NCBI RefSeq assembly: GCF_001194135.2
Contig: NC_068986.1
Span: forward strand, 72,784,383-72,848,382
Direction of reading: 5' to 3'
DNA: 64,000 nucleotides
DNA from: Octopus bimaculoides
Lineage: Eukaryota
The translations under genes and the position numbers were made by a program. How positions within the stretch are numbered: the first letter of the stretch is position 1; each line of letters opens with the position of its first letter. Positions 24,201 through 33,940 of the stretch are shown here, piece by piece. The notes below the pieces were generated by a model that saw only the letters and a program-made list of their open reading frames with translations, had not been told where the DNA came from and ran no database searches.

Positions 24201-26144
24201 TGAGTATTTGGGATGTCATCCCCAAATACCTCTGACTCATCTCCAAACCAGCTTTTATACTAACATTAACTATTACTGTCTCTGTGCAATTTATATCAAT
24301 CCAATTACTAACAAATCAAAGCAACACACACCTCCAACTTCTAAACTTTCTAGTATTTCAACAACTTGTTGAAGCTGCACTATTTCTATAGACATTGAAA
24401 AAGCCTTCAATTGTGTCTAGCATGTAAATCAATCAAAACTTCCCATCTGTATGCCCCACTATCTCTCATTCCTTGGATTGGAAATTTTCTGATTGCACAG
24501 TTGTCACATGTGTCAATGGAGCTCTTTCTGCCCTATTCTTGATCAACTTTGGTGTTCCCCAGGATCCAGTACTGTCACCCACGCTCTTCCTTATATATAT
24601 AAACATAATTAAGGGATCAGCAACAGTTGCTTCACCACATACCGAAATTTTAGAAATAGCAGTTAAAGTGTTAATTCTAAAATAAGTCTCCAACAGATAG
24701 CAATACTAATCCTTTACCCTATATTTATTAATAAATTAATAATCCTAACTATATAACTCTCAATAAAAATAAATATATATATATATATATACCAATAACC
24801 TACTTGTCACCAAATCCAACAACACCAACTCTTATGCAGATGGCACAGCCCTTCATTCCTCTCTAACTTTTCCCAATCATGTATCATCCACACATAGCCT
24901 AGACATCATACACCAAACTTGCACTGATTCTACAAATGGAAATCTTGAGAGAATCCTTTGGTTGGGACCATTCCAACTTTGTTTCTCTTAACAACAGAAA
25001 AGAAGCTCAAGCACCACTCATATGAACCAAGTACACACACACACACACCCTAAATACAAGAAGTCCTCAGCTAGATCCCTCACGTCATTCCTAAGACACT
25101 CTTCTCTTCAGGGCCAGAAAATATTCCAGCCCTAACAGCTGCTGACACTCTGTGAAGCTCACATTTGGGAGGGTGCTGCACATAAAAAATCTTGGACTGC
25201 GTCCAGAGAAGGGAGCCACTCGACTAACTGGTATTAAACAACTGACACGCCCAAACTCTGGTTTTCATGATTCTTGTCTCTTCTTTCTATCTTTTCTGTG
25301 ACTACAATAACGGCCTCTGTTCCGCGGAGGCGGTTGGTCGTCTACAGCAACCACTCAGGCATTCGATCCCACTCATCTTTCTACATTGAATTCGACTCCC
25401 TCGGCTCCGCACTAATCATTATGCCCGGTCCTTTTTTCCCCAGGACATCGTCTTTCTGGAATCTCTTTATTCATGTCTTTACTACAGGTGTTGCCTGCAA
25501 CAGATTAAACAGAACATTAACGACTTCTGGCTCGCCGGTCTTGGAGGGTCTGCAAAAGTCATAGGTGCCTTCCATTCTTCCAAACCTAATACGTAGAAAC
25601 TATGCATCAGCTGTATCGATTTGACTTGTCTGGAATGAGTGGGGTTGCGAAAGTCGTGGTACCGCCCTTTCAATTCAGACTAACTTAGCGGAGGGAAAAA
25701 ATGATCGTTCAATAATTTTAATAAGAGCGATTGACCGAGAAGAAAACAATATGAATGATTCAAACAAAAGTTAAATGTCATCAATGAAAGTCCAAGTTGG
25801 CGAAGAAAAAAATAAGACATTTTTGTTCGGCTTGAAATTCTTCAAACATCTTAAAAGTACAAAAAGATTTAGAAAATGTAATTTATTTCTGCAAGGAATT
25901 TTGTAGCGGGTAAAGAACTAAAAGTTGAAAAACAATCAGTTGTGTTTCTGAGATACATTTTTTAATGCGTATCTTATCAATTACGGTAATAAACCTTATG
26001 TTGTTGTAGTTTTACCGGACAATATATGAGATATATGCATAACAATAACAGAACAAATCTTCTTACCTTTCCATAAACAACAGCATGTTCGCCGAACAGA
26101 ATTAGTTTTCCAGGAGCCGATACAGTAATTGAATTCATGACCAT
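9738..26144 (-). CDS. MVK: Mevalonate kinase (GHMP kinase family), 9 coding exons, 1182 nt, 393 aa
   Basis: Exons (minus): 26144-26067, 23256-23109, 21736-21586, 19651-19395, 17805-17760, 15401-15311, 14949-14839, 13062-12909, 9883-9738, all GT-AG and phase-consistent. Motifs SAPGKLILFGEHAVVYGK, ELPVGAGLGSSA, IHGTPSGIDN, SAKLTGAGGGGC are present. Confidence 0.97.
10275..10672 (+). mobile_element. Full-length tRNA-derived SINE (dominant family in the window)
   Basis: ggcgtaggagtggctgtgtggt (A box) ... gggttcagtccc (B box), ccttgggcaagtgtcttc-like core, (TG)n linker, 3' tail ...gactgaaacaagtaaaagag; many partial copies elsewhere (e.g. 11000-11620, 13150-13340, 17190-17330, 20400-20580, 27670-27860, 51370-51700, 63260-63790). 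Confidence 0.85.
11061..11318. mobile_element. hAT (Charlie-like) MITE
   Basis: TIR cagtggttctcaa...ttgagtaccactg; perfect 8-bp TSD ttttagat at 11053-11060 and 11319-11326. Confidence 0.9.
12195..12350 (+). mobile_element. Penelope-like retroelement terminal fragment with degenerate hammerhead-like core
   Basis: ttgaagagcgtagctcaaaacgttaaagactttctc resembles (C/T)TGA.GA-G...C-GAAAC PLE termini. Confidence 0.45.
12909..13062 (-). CDS. MVK: MVK coding exon 8 (ELVDLNHCQLAALGVSHPSL...KLTGAGGGGCAFAIL)
   Basis: 154 nt; GHMP motif 3. Confidence 0.96.
13857..14077. mobile_element. piggyBac-like MITE with TTAA flanks
   Basis: ttaa|cctctt...gaatgctaaaggg|ttaa; related copies at about 55670-55858 and about 9972. 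Confidence 0.7.
14548..14770. repeat. Degenerate minisatellite, about 14-15 bp unit (gtagtcatatgtagt)
   Basis: Repeated gtagtcata(t/g)gtagtg units visible directly. Confidence 0.8.
14839..14949 (-). CDS. MVK: MVK coding exon 7 (YPEVMQKIMDVIHGIS...YPVLE)
   Basis: 111 nt, phase 0/0. Confidence 0.92.
15311..15401 (-). CDS. MVK: MVK coding exon 6 (NFKLNVLIINTKIQRSTRKLVEGVKQKMAR)
   Basis: 91 nt; NTK..R.T..LV.GV motif; gtaagt donor. Confidence 0.93.
15651..16176. mobile_element. Tc1/mariner-derived foldback MITE built from two transposase 3' ends
   Basis: Ends cagggttattcaa(g/a)aagaatgaacca (28/30 inverted match); about 175-bp arms; minus-strand WPVRSPDLTVCDFFLWGYVK...DDLKHRITTAI...HIEHS*; plus-strand IWEEFSYSIDVARAAGGGHIEHL*. 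Confidence 0.9.
16177..16314. repeat. Compound (TG)n(TA)n microsatellite
   Basis: Directly visible. Confidence 0.95.
16315..17165 (+). mobile_element. Internally deleted Tc1/mariner of the DD37D (maT) type
   Basis: YVWQQDSAPCH...PNSPDCNPLDYYVWG, with 37 residues between the second and third Asp (one is a premature stop); C-terminus LEAIVEANGDFIE*. Confidence 0.85.
17760..17805 (-). CDS. MVK: MVK coding exon 5 (GGAVTYENGKIQPLQ)
   Basis: 46 nt; tttag acceptor, gtgagt donor. Confidence 0.92.
17852..18068. mobile_element. mariner-type MITE
   Basis: ta|caaggaggtgctgaaaaattcttggcttt versus aaagccaggaacttttgagcaccctctc inverted ends. Confidence 0.8.
18399..18718. mobile_element. Tc1/mariner MITE
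   Basis: TIR cagtgtgggccaaaagtcat / atgacttttggtccaccctg (18/20); TA on the left; internal inverted repeat atcaggtgcag / ctgcacctgat. Confidence 0.8.
19395..19651 (-). CDS. MVK: MVK coding exon 4 (ELPVGAGLGSSA...HGTPSGIDNTICTF)
   Basis: 257 nt; ATP-binding loop and catalytic Asp (SGIDN). Confidence 0.97.
19894..20231. mobile_element. hAT (Charlie-like) MITE, older
   Basis: cagcagttctcaacc ... ggttaagaactactg; no clean TSD. Confidence 0.65.
20620..21270 (-). mobile_element. Deleted mariner transposase remnant
   Basis: MELTKEHIWHILLYEF...VYGDRTISVSQCQWWFQKF..GNYSLEDEP..GR; then PPYLLDIAPSDYHLFCSLQNHL (YSPDLAPSDY-like). Confidence 0.85.
21586..21736 (-). CDS. MVK: MVK coding exon 3 (DELAQRP...LFLYLYLAICINSSQ)
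   Basis: 151 nt; FLYLYL motif; gtaagt donor. Confidence 0.93.
22330..22760 (-). mobile_element. Probable LINE ORF1-like remnant in an MVK intron
   Basis: NHEVIAIGISED...HLG*PGLKSKLIRLSFSNSSEA resembles the N.II.G.PE...RLG....RPI.V.F.S pattern of LINE ORF1 RNA-binding domains (inference). Confidence 0.4.
23109..23256 (-). CDS. MVK: MVK coding exon 2 (MAISSSLNMRSFIRL...KKLSEEFT)
   Basis: 148 nt; tttacag acceptor, ACAG|gtatgg donor. Confidence 0.93.
23900..25545 (+). mobile_element. Decayed CR1/L2/Jockey-type LINE (RT and 3' end)
   Basis: DIEKAFNCV, GVPQDPVLSPTLFLIYIN, NSYADGTAL, FFPRTSSFWN. Confidence 0.82.
26067..26144 (-). CDS. MVK: MVK coding exon 1 (MVMNSITVSAPGKLILFGEHAVVYGK)
   Basis: 78 nt; GHMP motif 1; donor AAG|gtaaga. 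Confidence 0.95.
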
Positions 26145-26654
26145 AATGATATAGTTATATGTTTATATATAAGTTAACACGCCCTTTTTCTCGAAGTCAG
26201 AACAAAACTGGTGAAACTATATAACTCTCAATAAAAATAAATCTTCGAAGAAAATATAAACATAACAGACTCTCCGTGTATATAAAACAATTTTCTATAA
26301 TTCTCAATTCTAAGAAAAAGTGATGCTATGCCTATTCAACAAAATGATATATTTTGAAACGTATACACTAATTTGCTTGTATTTGATGTCTAATTAGAAC
26401 CAAATGTATCTCTATACTTTACTAAAGAACCAGTAGTGTAGCTTATGAATAAATACAGGTATTTAGTCACGTCATAAAATTAGGCTCTCACAAGGGCATT
26501 TTTCGGTTGCTTGAATTAGTGACTGAACCGACCGGTTTCGTTGTCATTTAAGAATTCACTCAGATCTCCCACCAAAATAAAAAGTAGTTAATAAAATGTA
26601 AATACAATGTACTCCAAGACATCAAAGCGCTGTGGTGGAAGGGAGACAACCTAC

Positions 26655-26672
26655 CTTGATTCCGATAAAAAC
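26655..26672 (-). other. MVK: Probable 18-nt 5'UTR microexon of MVK
   Basis: Long polypyrimidine tract ttttttctttttctttcttgtttcag|GTTTTTATCGGAATCAAG|gtaggt; upstream donor CCAG|gtgaaa at 26743 and downstream acceptor caccag|26207 fit. Confidence 0.55.
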
Positions 26673-27516
26673 CTGAAACAAGAAAGAAAAAGAAAAAATT
26701 AAATTTTGTAACAAATTGCGTTTCCAAATAAGTCATTTTCACCTGGTTTTGTCTTCTCTAAGGAGCATGAATAATCTCACTCTTGTACTATTCTTATAGA
26801 TTTAAGTATGTCCTTAAAAATTCGCAATATTTTAATCTGTTCAACTGTTCCAAATAAACGTACAAAATATTTTACTTTTCTCTCTTTGATGGTGTCTATA
26901 TTAAAGAATTTTATTTTTATTTTTATTTAAATTATTGCTACATCATCATTGATTTTGTGTTTTGCCCTTGATATCCTCAAAAATGTTCTGTATACCAACA
27001 TCTCAAAGTTGTAATCAATGTTTTTGATAAAACGTTTGTTAATGTCCATGTTTCATTTCCATATAGCAGAGCATATATAACATTTTCACAAACTTTTGCC
27101 TGTTTCCATATTAATGTTTATTGGTTTTAGTAAGATTAATCTTTTTGCTATGACTTTCTAAAAATTTCAACCCTTTTGGTTTTTGCTTCATGTTTACTGT
27201 TTCTGATCGTGTTTATCCCAGCTCTTGTTTTTTTATTATTATCATGTCTGTTCAGTTAGCTTTGTGTAAAAAAACGAAAGAATATACACAAGCACATACC
27301 CAAACATCCATCTCTCTGTACAAACGCACAAACACTCATATACACATAACATATTTGTTGCAGAAATGTATATGTATATTTCTATATGTATCTATGAGGG
27401 TGTGCTTGTGTTTGTGTGTGTGTGTTTGTGTGTGTATAAATGTTCATATGTGTAGAAGTGTGCACATGTGTAGTTCTGTGGGCATTTCTTTGTCATTTAC
27501 TTTGAGATACAAGGTT

Positions 27517-27660
27517 CTATAGTTCATTAGTGTTGAAAGTTAAGATAGTATTGTTTGCATATCTAAGGTTCTCTGTGATCTTACCACGTATTGACATTTC
27601 CAGAATGTTGTCTGCTTCCCTAAGGTATAAGTTAAATAGGATAGCGAGTAATACACAGAC
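27517..27660 (-). mobile_element. RTE LINE RT fragment
   Basis: ILFNLYLRE...GKITENLRYANNTIL (NLRYADDT-like). Confidence 0.65.
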
Positions 27661-27856
27661 TTGCATGACTCCTTCATTAATCTTGTGGCCTACATAGGTG
27701 CAAGCATGGCTGTGTGTAAGAAGTTTGTTTCTCAAACACAAGGTTCCTGGTTCAGTCTCACTGCATGGCTCCTTGGGCAAGAGTCTTCTACTATAGCCCC
27801 AGGCCAACCATAACCTTATGAGTGGATTTGGTTGAAGGGACAATGAAAGAAGCCTC

Positions 27857-27903
<47 letters not shown>

Positions 27904-28429
27904 AAGTGTTGTCCTTCATTTCCAATCTTCAGAGATCTATCTGGCCATGGGGAAATATTACCTTGCTTGGAAACAGGTAAGTGTTGGTAACAGGAAGGGC
28001 ATCCATCCATAGAAAAATTCACTTCAGAAAATTCCACCTGACCCATGCAAGCATGGAAAAGGTAGATGTTAAACAATGATGACAACGATGATGATGATGA
28101 AGTAGAAGAATGAAGAAAACTATCATCTGCAAAGGTATGAGCATTGATAGGGGTGACAAATAGCAGGAAGAGTGCAAAGGACATAAAGGAAACATTGGGA
28201 TATACCAGAGCTGACAGAGATTCATGTTGTTGCTGTCATTCATCTGCTTGTAAATATCAAGCAAAGACTTAATTTAGAATTTTATCATAAAGTTAGCCGA
28301 AAATGGCAATAGCATCACCAAATGTTTGTCAACCTTCAATATGCTCATACATTGCAACACAAGCATAACTTTAAAGTGTGTGATGTGTATCAAGGCATTT
28401 GCTCTGCAATCAGTGCATTTTATGCAAAA

Positions 28430-28960
28430 TACCTTGCTGGCTTACCAGAAGTAGTGGAGAACTTCTGTTACTAAGGTGACATAATTTGTAGTGGAAGTGG
28501 TTATTCTGAAAGTACCATAGCTGAGTTAAAAACTGGTTGAAAAAATTGCAATGTGAAACAAAGGCCTTATTTTTCAGAGTGAAGAGAAAATTGTATGATG
28601 CTTGTGTTCAAACTGCAATACTGACTAAAATTGAGGCATGAGCTTTGAATGTAGAAGACCAGCAAATGCTACAAAGAAAAGAAGCAAACAGGCTCTCATA
28701 GATGTGTAACGTCAGTGTTTGTGAACACCAGAGTGCAAATAGCCTGAAAGAAAAACTGAGTATAAAAGAAATCAGAAATTGTGTGCAAGAGCAAAGGTTG
28801 TATTGGCATGGGAAAGAGATAAACATGATGAAAGACTGTTGTGTAAGGAAGTGCTATATGCTCCAAATTAATGGAACCCATGATAGTGACAAACCAGACA
28901 ATACAAAGTGGTAAAAGCATACCTGAAGATGCTGCATCTCACATAGATGACAAATGTGCT
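28430..28960 (+). mobile_element. RTE LINE 3' fragment
   Basis: KLYDACVQTA...ALNVEDQQMLQRKEA...CVQEQRLYWHG...DCCVRKC. Confidence 0.7.
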
Positions 28961-28989
28961 TCATGAGGACACAGCTTGGGTTGTAGTCC

Positions 28990-29290
28990 AGGCCTAGTGG
29001 TCTAGTGTTTAGGGTGTTGCACTCATGATCACTAGATCATGGGTTCAATTTCCAGTTCAAGTAGCATGTTGTGTTCTTGAGCAAAACAGCAAAACACTTC
29101 AGTTCAAGTCACTCCAGTCTTCTCAGCTGTAAATGGGTAACCCTGCAATGGACTAGCCTTTTAATCAGGGAGAATGTTGGCTTGCTTGCCTAGCAAGTGG
29201 GGTGGCAACATTTGAAAGCTAAAATGATGCAAAGTGCATTGTGACCAGCGATGTATAACAACATCTGATAGTCTGGTCAATCACAATATA
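28990..29290 (+). mobile_element. tRNA-derived SINE with V-domain-like centre
   Basis: tagtggtctagtgtttagggtg...gggttcaatttcc head; tcagctgtaaatgggtaaccctgcaatggactagc resembles the V-SINE domain (inference). Confidence 0.55.
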
Positions 29291-29329
29291 TGTATGTATG
29301 TATGCATGTATGCTGACAATTGAAACCAC

Positions 29330-30818
29330 CGGAAAATCCTTGTCTTCAATGGCGTTGGCAGTGTAGCTCCTCGTGGGGCTCTGCTCCCATTCACATTACT
29401 AACTCACGGCGCACAATGCCTCCATGACACCAAACGAAACCACATCTCCTCCAGCACTGACACCTCCAAGGTGGTCAGTTGCATCCATCCCCATTACTAC
29501 GTCGATCCTGTCTACCACATGGTCGATCACGATTGCCCGAAGCCTTAGCGTTGTGTCTTGCACCACTATATCCACATAGCTGCTACTCTTGCATTTGATT
29601 ACGCTGCCATCGACCACCCAAATGCTACTCATCCCCTTCCATTTCTTTGTCACGAGAGTCGTCATGCAGCCCATGTTCACGAGGGCCTTGAACATGTTTC
29701 CCCTGAACATGACCTCAACTATGGGTAGTGACTTCACCAACACCTCTACTCGTTCGCGGGGGAAGTTTGAGAGGCAGCAACTTCCCCATGGCCTTTTCCC
29801 TGGCTACAATTCCAGGTGATATGCCCAGTCTGTTTGCACTGGTAGCAAACTGGTCCGGACTCCACACAGTCCCTTGCCATGTGCGGTCCTTGTGAACAGC
29901 TGTTGTTGTTCCAAAGTAGGCCTCTTTTCATCCTTCTCTGGCTCCATGCAGATTCGCAGGCTTCTGCGGCCACCATCATCACTGCCTTCCGCCTAGTGCT
30001 TTGTGTCAACATACGGGCTTGAACAATGAGCTCGCTCATCACCATTTTGTTGCTGCCTAGCAACTGTTGTAGTCACTCTGACACGTCATTGGGAAAGCCA
30101 TTCATAAAAGCCAATTGCGCTACTTTCTCAAGTCCCTCAACGGTAAGACCAGACAACACAACCAGCCTCCGTACCTCCACAGCGTATTCGTCGATATGTT
30201 CCCCTTTCCATCTGATCATTCCCAGCTTAGCAAAAGTGGTGTACTCTCCATCTGTATAAGCCTCTCTCAAGCGCTGCTTGATCATTGCTGCACTCAGCTG
30301 TTCTTCTTCATTTCGAGGTACTGTGCCAGTGCACTCCCCTCCAAATACAGGGCCATGCGGCTTGCTACATCTTCAATGCCTTGTAGCCTGGCCACAACTT
30401 TGACCTTTCGAATCTAGGCTACTAAGTCACCTTCACCATAGAAAGGTCTGATGACATCACTGCCGATCTTTATCTTCGCTGCCATCATGTATCAAATGGA
30501 CAACAATGTTTGTATACAATTGCTGAAATAGCTTGTTGTTTGTGGAAAATGAAAAGAGGTTCTCCTACCTTCCTCTCTTCTGCAACCATCTAGTAATAGT
30601 CACTCCAGCTATCCTGCCCTACCCTGTTACCCAGTATAGGCAGCTGCTATTTCACCAGCCTGAGAGCAAATTCCCTCCCTTCTGTTTGCAATGCCTCAGC
30701 CAGCCAAAAGAGCACAACCCTGTCCTGTCCCCACCGCACTCCCCTTCTCATGCTTCCTCTCCCAGTCAGTCCCTTGACCATTGATGTCATGGCCCTCTTC
30801 TTCTGGCTCATCCCCACA
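29330..30818 (-). mobile_element. Truncated Ty3/gypsy LTR retrotransposon: 5' LTR 30818-30488, PBS-like site, gag, zinc knuckles, protease
   Basis: LTR tgtgggga...tttgataca followed by tgatggcagcg; gag MMAAKIKIGSDVIRPFYGEGD...LAFMNGFP; C..C..GPHMARDC and CYQCKQTGHITWNC; protease FKALVNMGC (ALVDTGC-like), IDVVMGMD; no RT, integrase or second LTR seen. Confidence 0.88.
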
Positions 30819-31974
30819 GTTGAGCATCTAAGTATGTTTCCTTCCACGGACACCCAGCAACTAAACAGTTAAACTTTTAACTATTAGTGACAGAAATAAT
30901 GCTAAAAAATATCCTAGATGCAATTGGAATTATAATAGAAGACAATATGGAAACTCCATCATTTGTTCAATACATACTGAATCATGATGCAAATTAAAGG
31001 CTCGTGTTAGATGTGTGAAGTAAATTTTACAGTTGCAACATGCAATAACAGATTCATTCAGTTTTGTTAAAGATTGTTTAATAATAAAATAGAGAGAAAA
31101 AAAAGAGTCAAAGGGGACTGTTGATGGTCTGATAATGTTTGATTATCTCTCATGCCTGGTCATTGTCTACAGAAGCCAAATCTGAAAAAGGTAGCAAAAT
31201 TGAATGAGTTTGTACACTGTAAGGAATGGTAAATAGTTATCATGTTAAAAAAAGGGGGGTGGTGAGCACTTTTTTTTAGAAGAAATAGGTTTTCTTATAA
31301 TGTCAGTATCTTAAAGTGGTAATCAACTGGATTAATGCTCAGTTAACGAAGGTATCAATATAATTCACCATATATTCCAGTGTTTAAGACACACTTTTTT
31401 TTTTTAAATGTTACAAGAAATTGTTATGCATCTAATGTGACTGTTTTACTGATGCTATAACAAGTGTATGGGTGTATGATGAATCATATTAAATGTGTCT
31501 TTGGTACAAAATAGAGGTGCATCTTATATGCCAGCAAATAAGGTAATTACATAAAGATATTAATGCAAATGTAATTTACTGGTGCAGGTACATTGACTAT
31601 TTCTGGGGAGGGGATAAGTCGATTACATCGATCCTAATGCTCAACTGGTACTTATTTTATTGACTCCAAAAAGATGAAAGGCAAAGTCGACCTCACCAGA
31701 ATTTGAATTCGGAACATAAAGACAAGAAATGCCATTAAGCATTTCCCCTGGAACGCTAAGGATTCTGCCGGCTCACCGTCTCAATAGGTGTGGATATATT
31801 GGTGCAAATATAATTTATTGGTATAGAAAGTGTGGTGTATATATTGATGTTGGTCCATTCGTTTGTTTGTTTTTATGTCTATTGTTTTTTTCCATGCTAG
31901 CATGGGTTAGAATATATTGTTATGGTATACAGCAGGATCTTATTTCTTTATTGCCCACAAGGGGCTTTTTTTAA

Positions 31975-32140
31975 AGTCGATTACATCGACCCCAGTGCGT
32001 AACTGGTACTTATTTAATCGACCCCGAAAGGATGAAAGGTAAAGTCGACCTCAGCGGAATTTGAACTCAGAACGTACTGGCAGACGAAATACCGCTAAGC
32101 ATTTCGCCCGGCGTGCTAACGATTCTGCCAGCTCGCCGCC
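31975..32140 (+). mobile_element. Well-preserved SINE segment (gtcgattacatcgacccc family)
   Basis: aagtcgattacatcgaccccagtgcgtaactggtac...ctgccagctcgccgcc; older copies at 31600-31790, 54380-54560, 54790-55030. Confidence 0.75.
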
Positions 32141-32490
32141 CTGTCAGTAAGTCCTGTCTGTTTCCGAAGGAAGGGATCTCTTGCTTTGACACGTCTTTGA
32201 CGGTACGAAGTGAATGGACGATTTGTTGATTGGAGACGGGATAACAATAATGCTACTTGTAGCTTGTGACTTTCATAGAGTATCAGTGTAAACGGACATG
32301 CACAATCAAACATAGATACATACACACACACATACATATGTACATATGTACAAACATGCATATATACATACATACATAATAATGTAGCTGGAGCGAGGTG
32401 GTGGAGGGTTGGCTGCTCAATGCAAAGCTTTTATGGAGGTGGTACTTTTGGGTATGCTGCATAAACCAGGATAGAGATGGAAAATTCAAG

Positions 32491-33940
32491 GGTCAAACTC
32501 CACTGTTTGACTCGAGCAAAAAAAAAAAAATAGTGCAATAGGTGTAAAACAGCATGTAGTAAACGAATATGAAAAAAAACTGTGCACTGGCGAACGGGGG
32601 AGAGGACTCGGAAAATTAACATCGGGAATTTCCAAGTCCTCTCACTACTTCCCTGTTGGTCGGTGAAATTTTTTCTCCATATTCGTTTACTACACATTAT
32701 TTTACACCTAGTACACTAGTTCTTATTCAATCTTTTTTATATTCGTTTACTACCTGTTGTTTTACACCTATTACACTATTGTTTTTTTCATTTTTGTGAC
32801 CGGGTGTTAACGTTGAGTTTTCGGATCCTGTGAGTTTGATCGTGTGAATTTTTCGAGTCCTGTCCTCACCTCACCCCTGTTCGCCAGCATGCATTATTTT
32901 TTCCATAATCGTTTAGGACACATTATTTTAGACTTATTGCACTTTTTCTTTTTTTTTTTTTTTTTGGTGGCCGGGTGTCGAAGTCGGGTTACTGGATCGT
33001 GTGAATTAGCCGAGTTCGCACCCCACTTGCAAAAACTAAACAAAAATAATAGTGTACTAGGGATAAAATAATGTATAGTAAACGAACTTTGAAGAAAAAA
33101 AAATTGCGCCGACGAATGGGGAAGTGGCGAAAGGACTCGGAACACTCCCAATGTGAATTTTCCGAGTCCTCTCTCCCTCCTTCATGTTCGCCAGCGCGCA
33201 TTTTTTGGTCAAACACCAGTTTTTTACCCGAGCAAAAAAATAGTGCAATAGGTGTAAAACAACACGTAGTAAACGAATATGCAAAAAAAAAAAAAAATGC
33301 GCGCTGGCGAATGGGGGCGGAGGAGAGAGGACTCCGAAAATTCATTTGCCCAAAGTGCCATGCAGTGGGACTGAAACCGGAACTGTGTTGTTGGGAAGAA
33401 TATCCATTTTCTTTAGGGTAAAAATCGGATCGTGTGAACTGTCTTGGTCCCCCACCTCCCTCACACGTATTATACTATTTGTTTTTCATTTTTGTGACTG
33501 TGTGTTAACGTTGAGTTTTCGGATCCTGTGAGATTGATCGTGTGAATTATCCGAGTCCTCTCCCCCGCTCCCCGTTCACCAGCGCGCATTTTTTTAATAT
33601 TCGTTTACTGCATGTCGAAGTGGGGTTACTGGATCGTGTGAATTATCCGAGTCTGCACCCCACCTACCCCGTCACAAAAATTGAACAAAAAATAGTGTAC
33701 TAGGTGTAAAATAATGTGTAGTAAACGAATATGAAGAAAAGCGATTTCGTCGACGAACGGGGAAGTGGTGAGAGGATTAGGAACATTCCCGATGTGAATT
33801 TTCCGAGTCGTCTCCCGCCGCCCCCTTTCGCCAGCGCGCATTTTTTTTTTCATATTCGTTCACTACATGTTATTTTATACCTATTGCACTATTTTTATTT
33901 ATTTATTTATTTTGCTTGGGTCAAATACTGGAGTTTGACC
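32491..33940. mobile_element. Non-autonomous foldback DNA transposon, probably Merlin/IS1016-like (MULE not excluded)
   Basis: 8-bp TSD aattcaag at 32483-32490 and 33941-33948; termini ggtcaaactcca / tggagtttgacc (26/30 over the terminal 30 bp); about 240-bp inverted arms made of repeated modules; no transposase. Confidence 0.88.

Noticed and set aside
25618-26475. Possible sterol-response or CRE-like sites (gagtggggttg near 25618-25628; gtcacgtcat near 26466)
   Set aside because: Short imperfect matches expected by chance; no supporting evidence from sequence alone.
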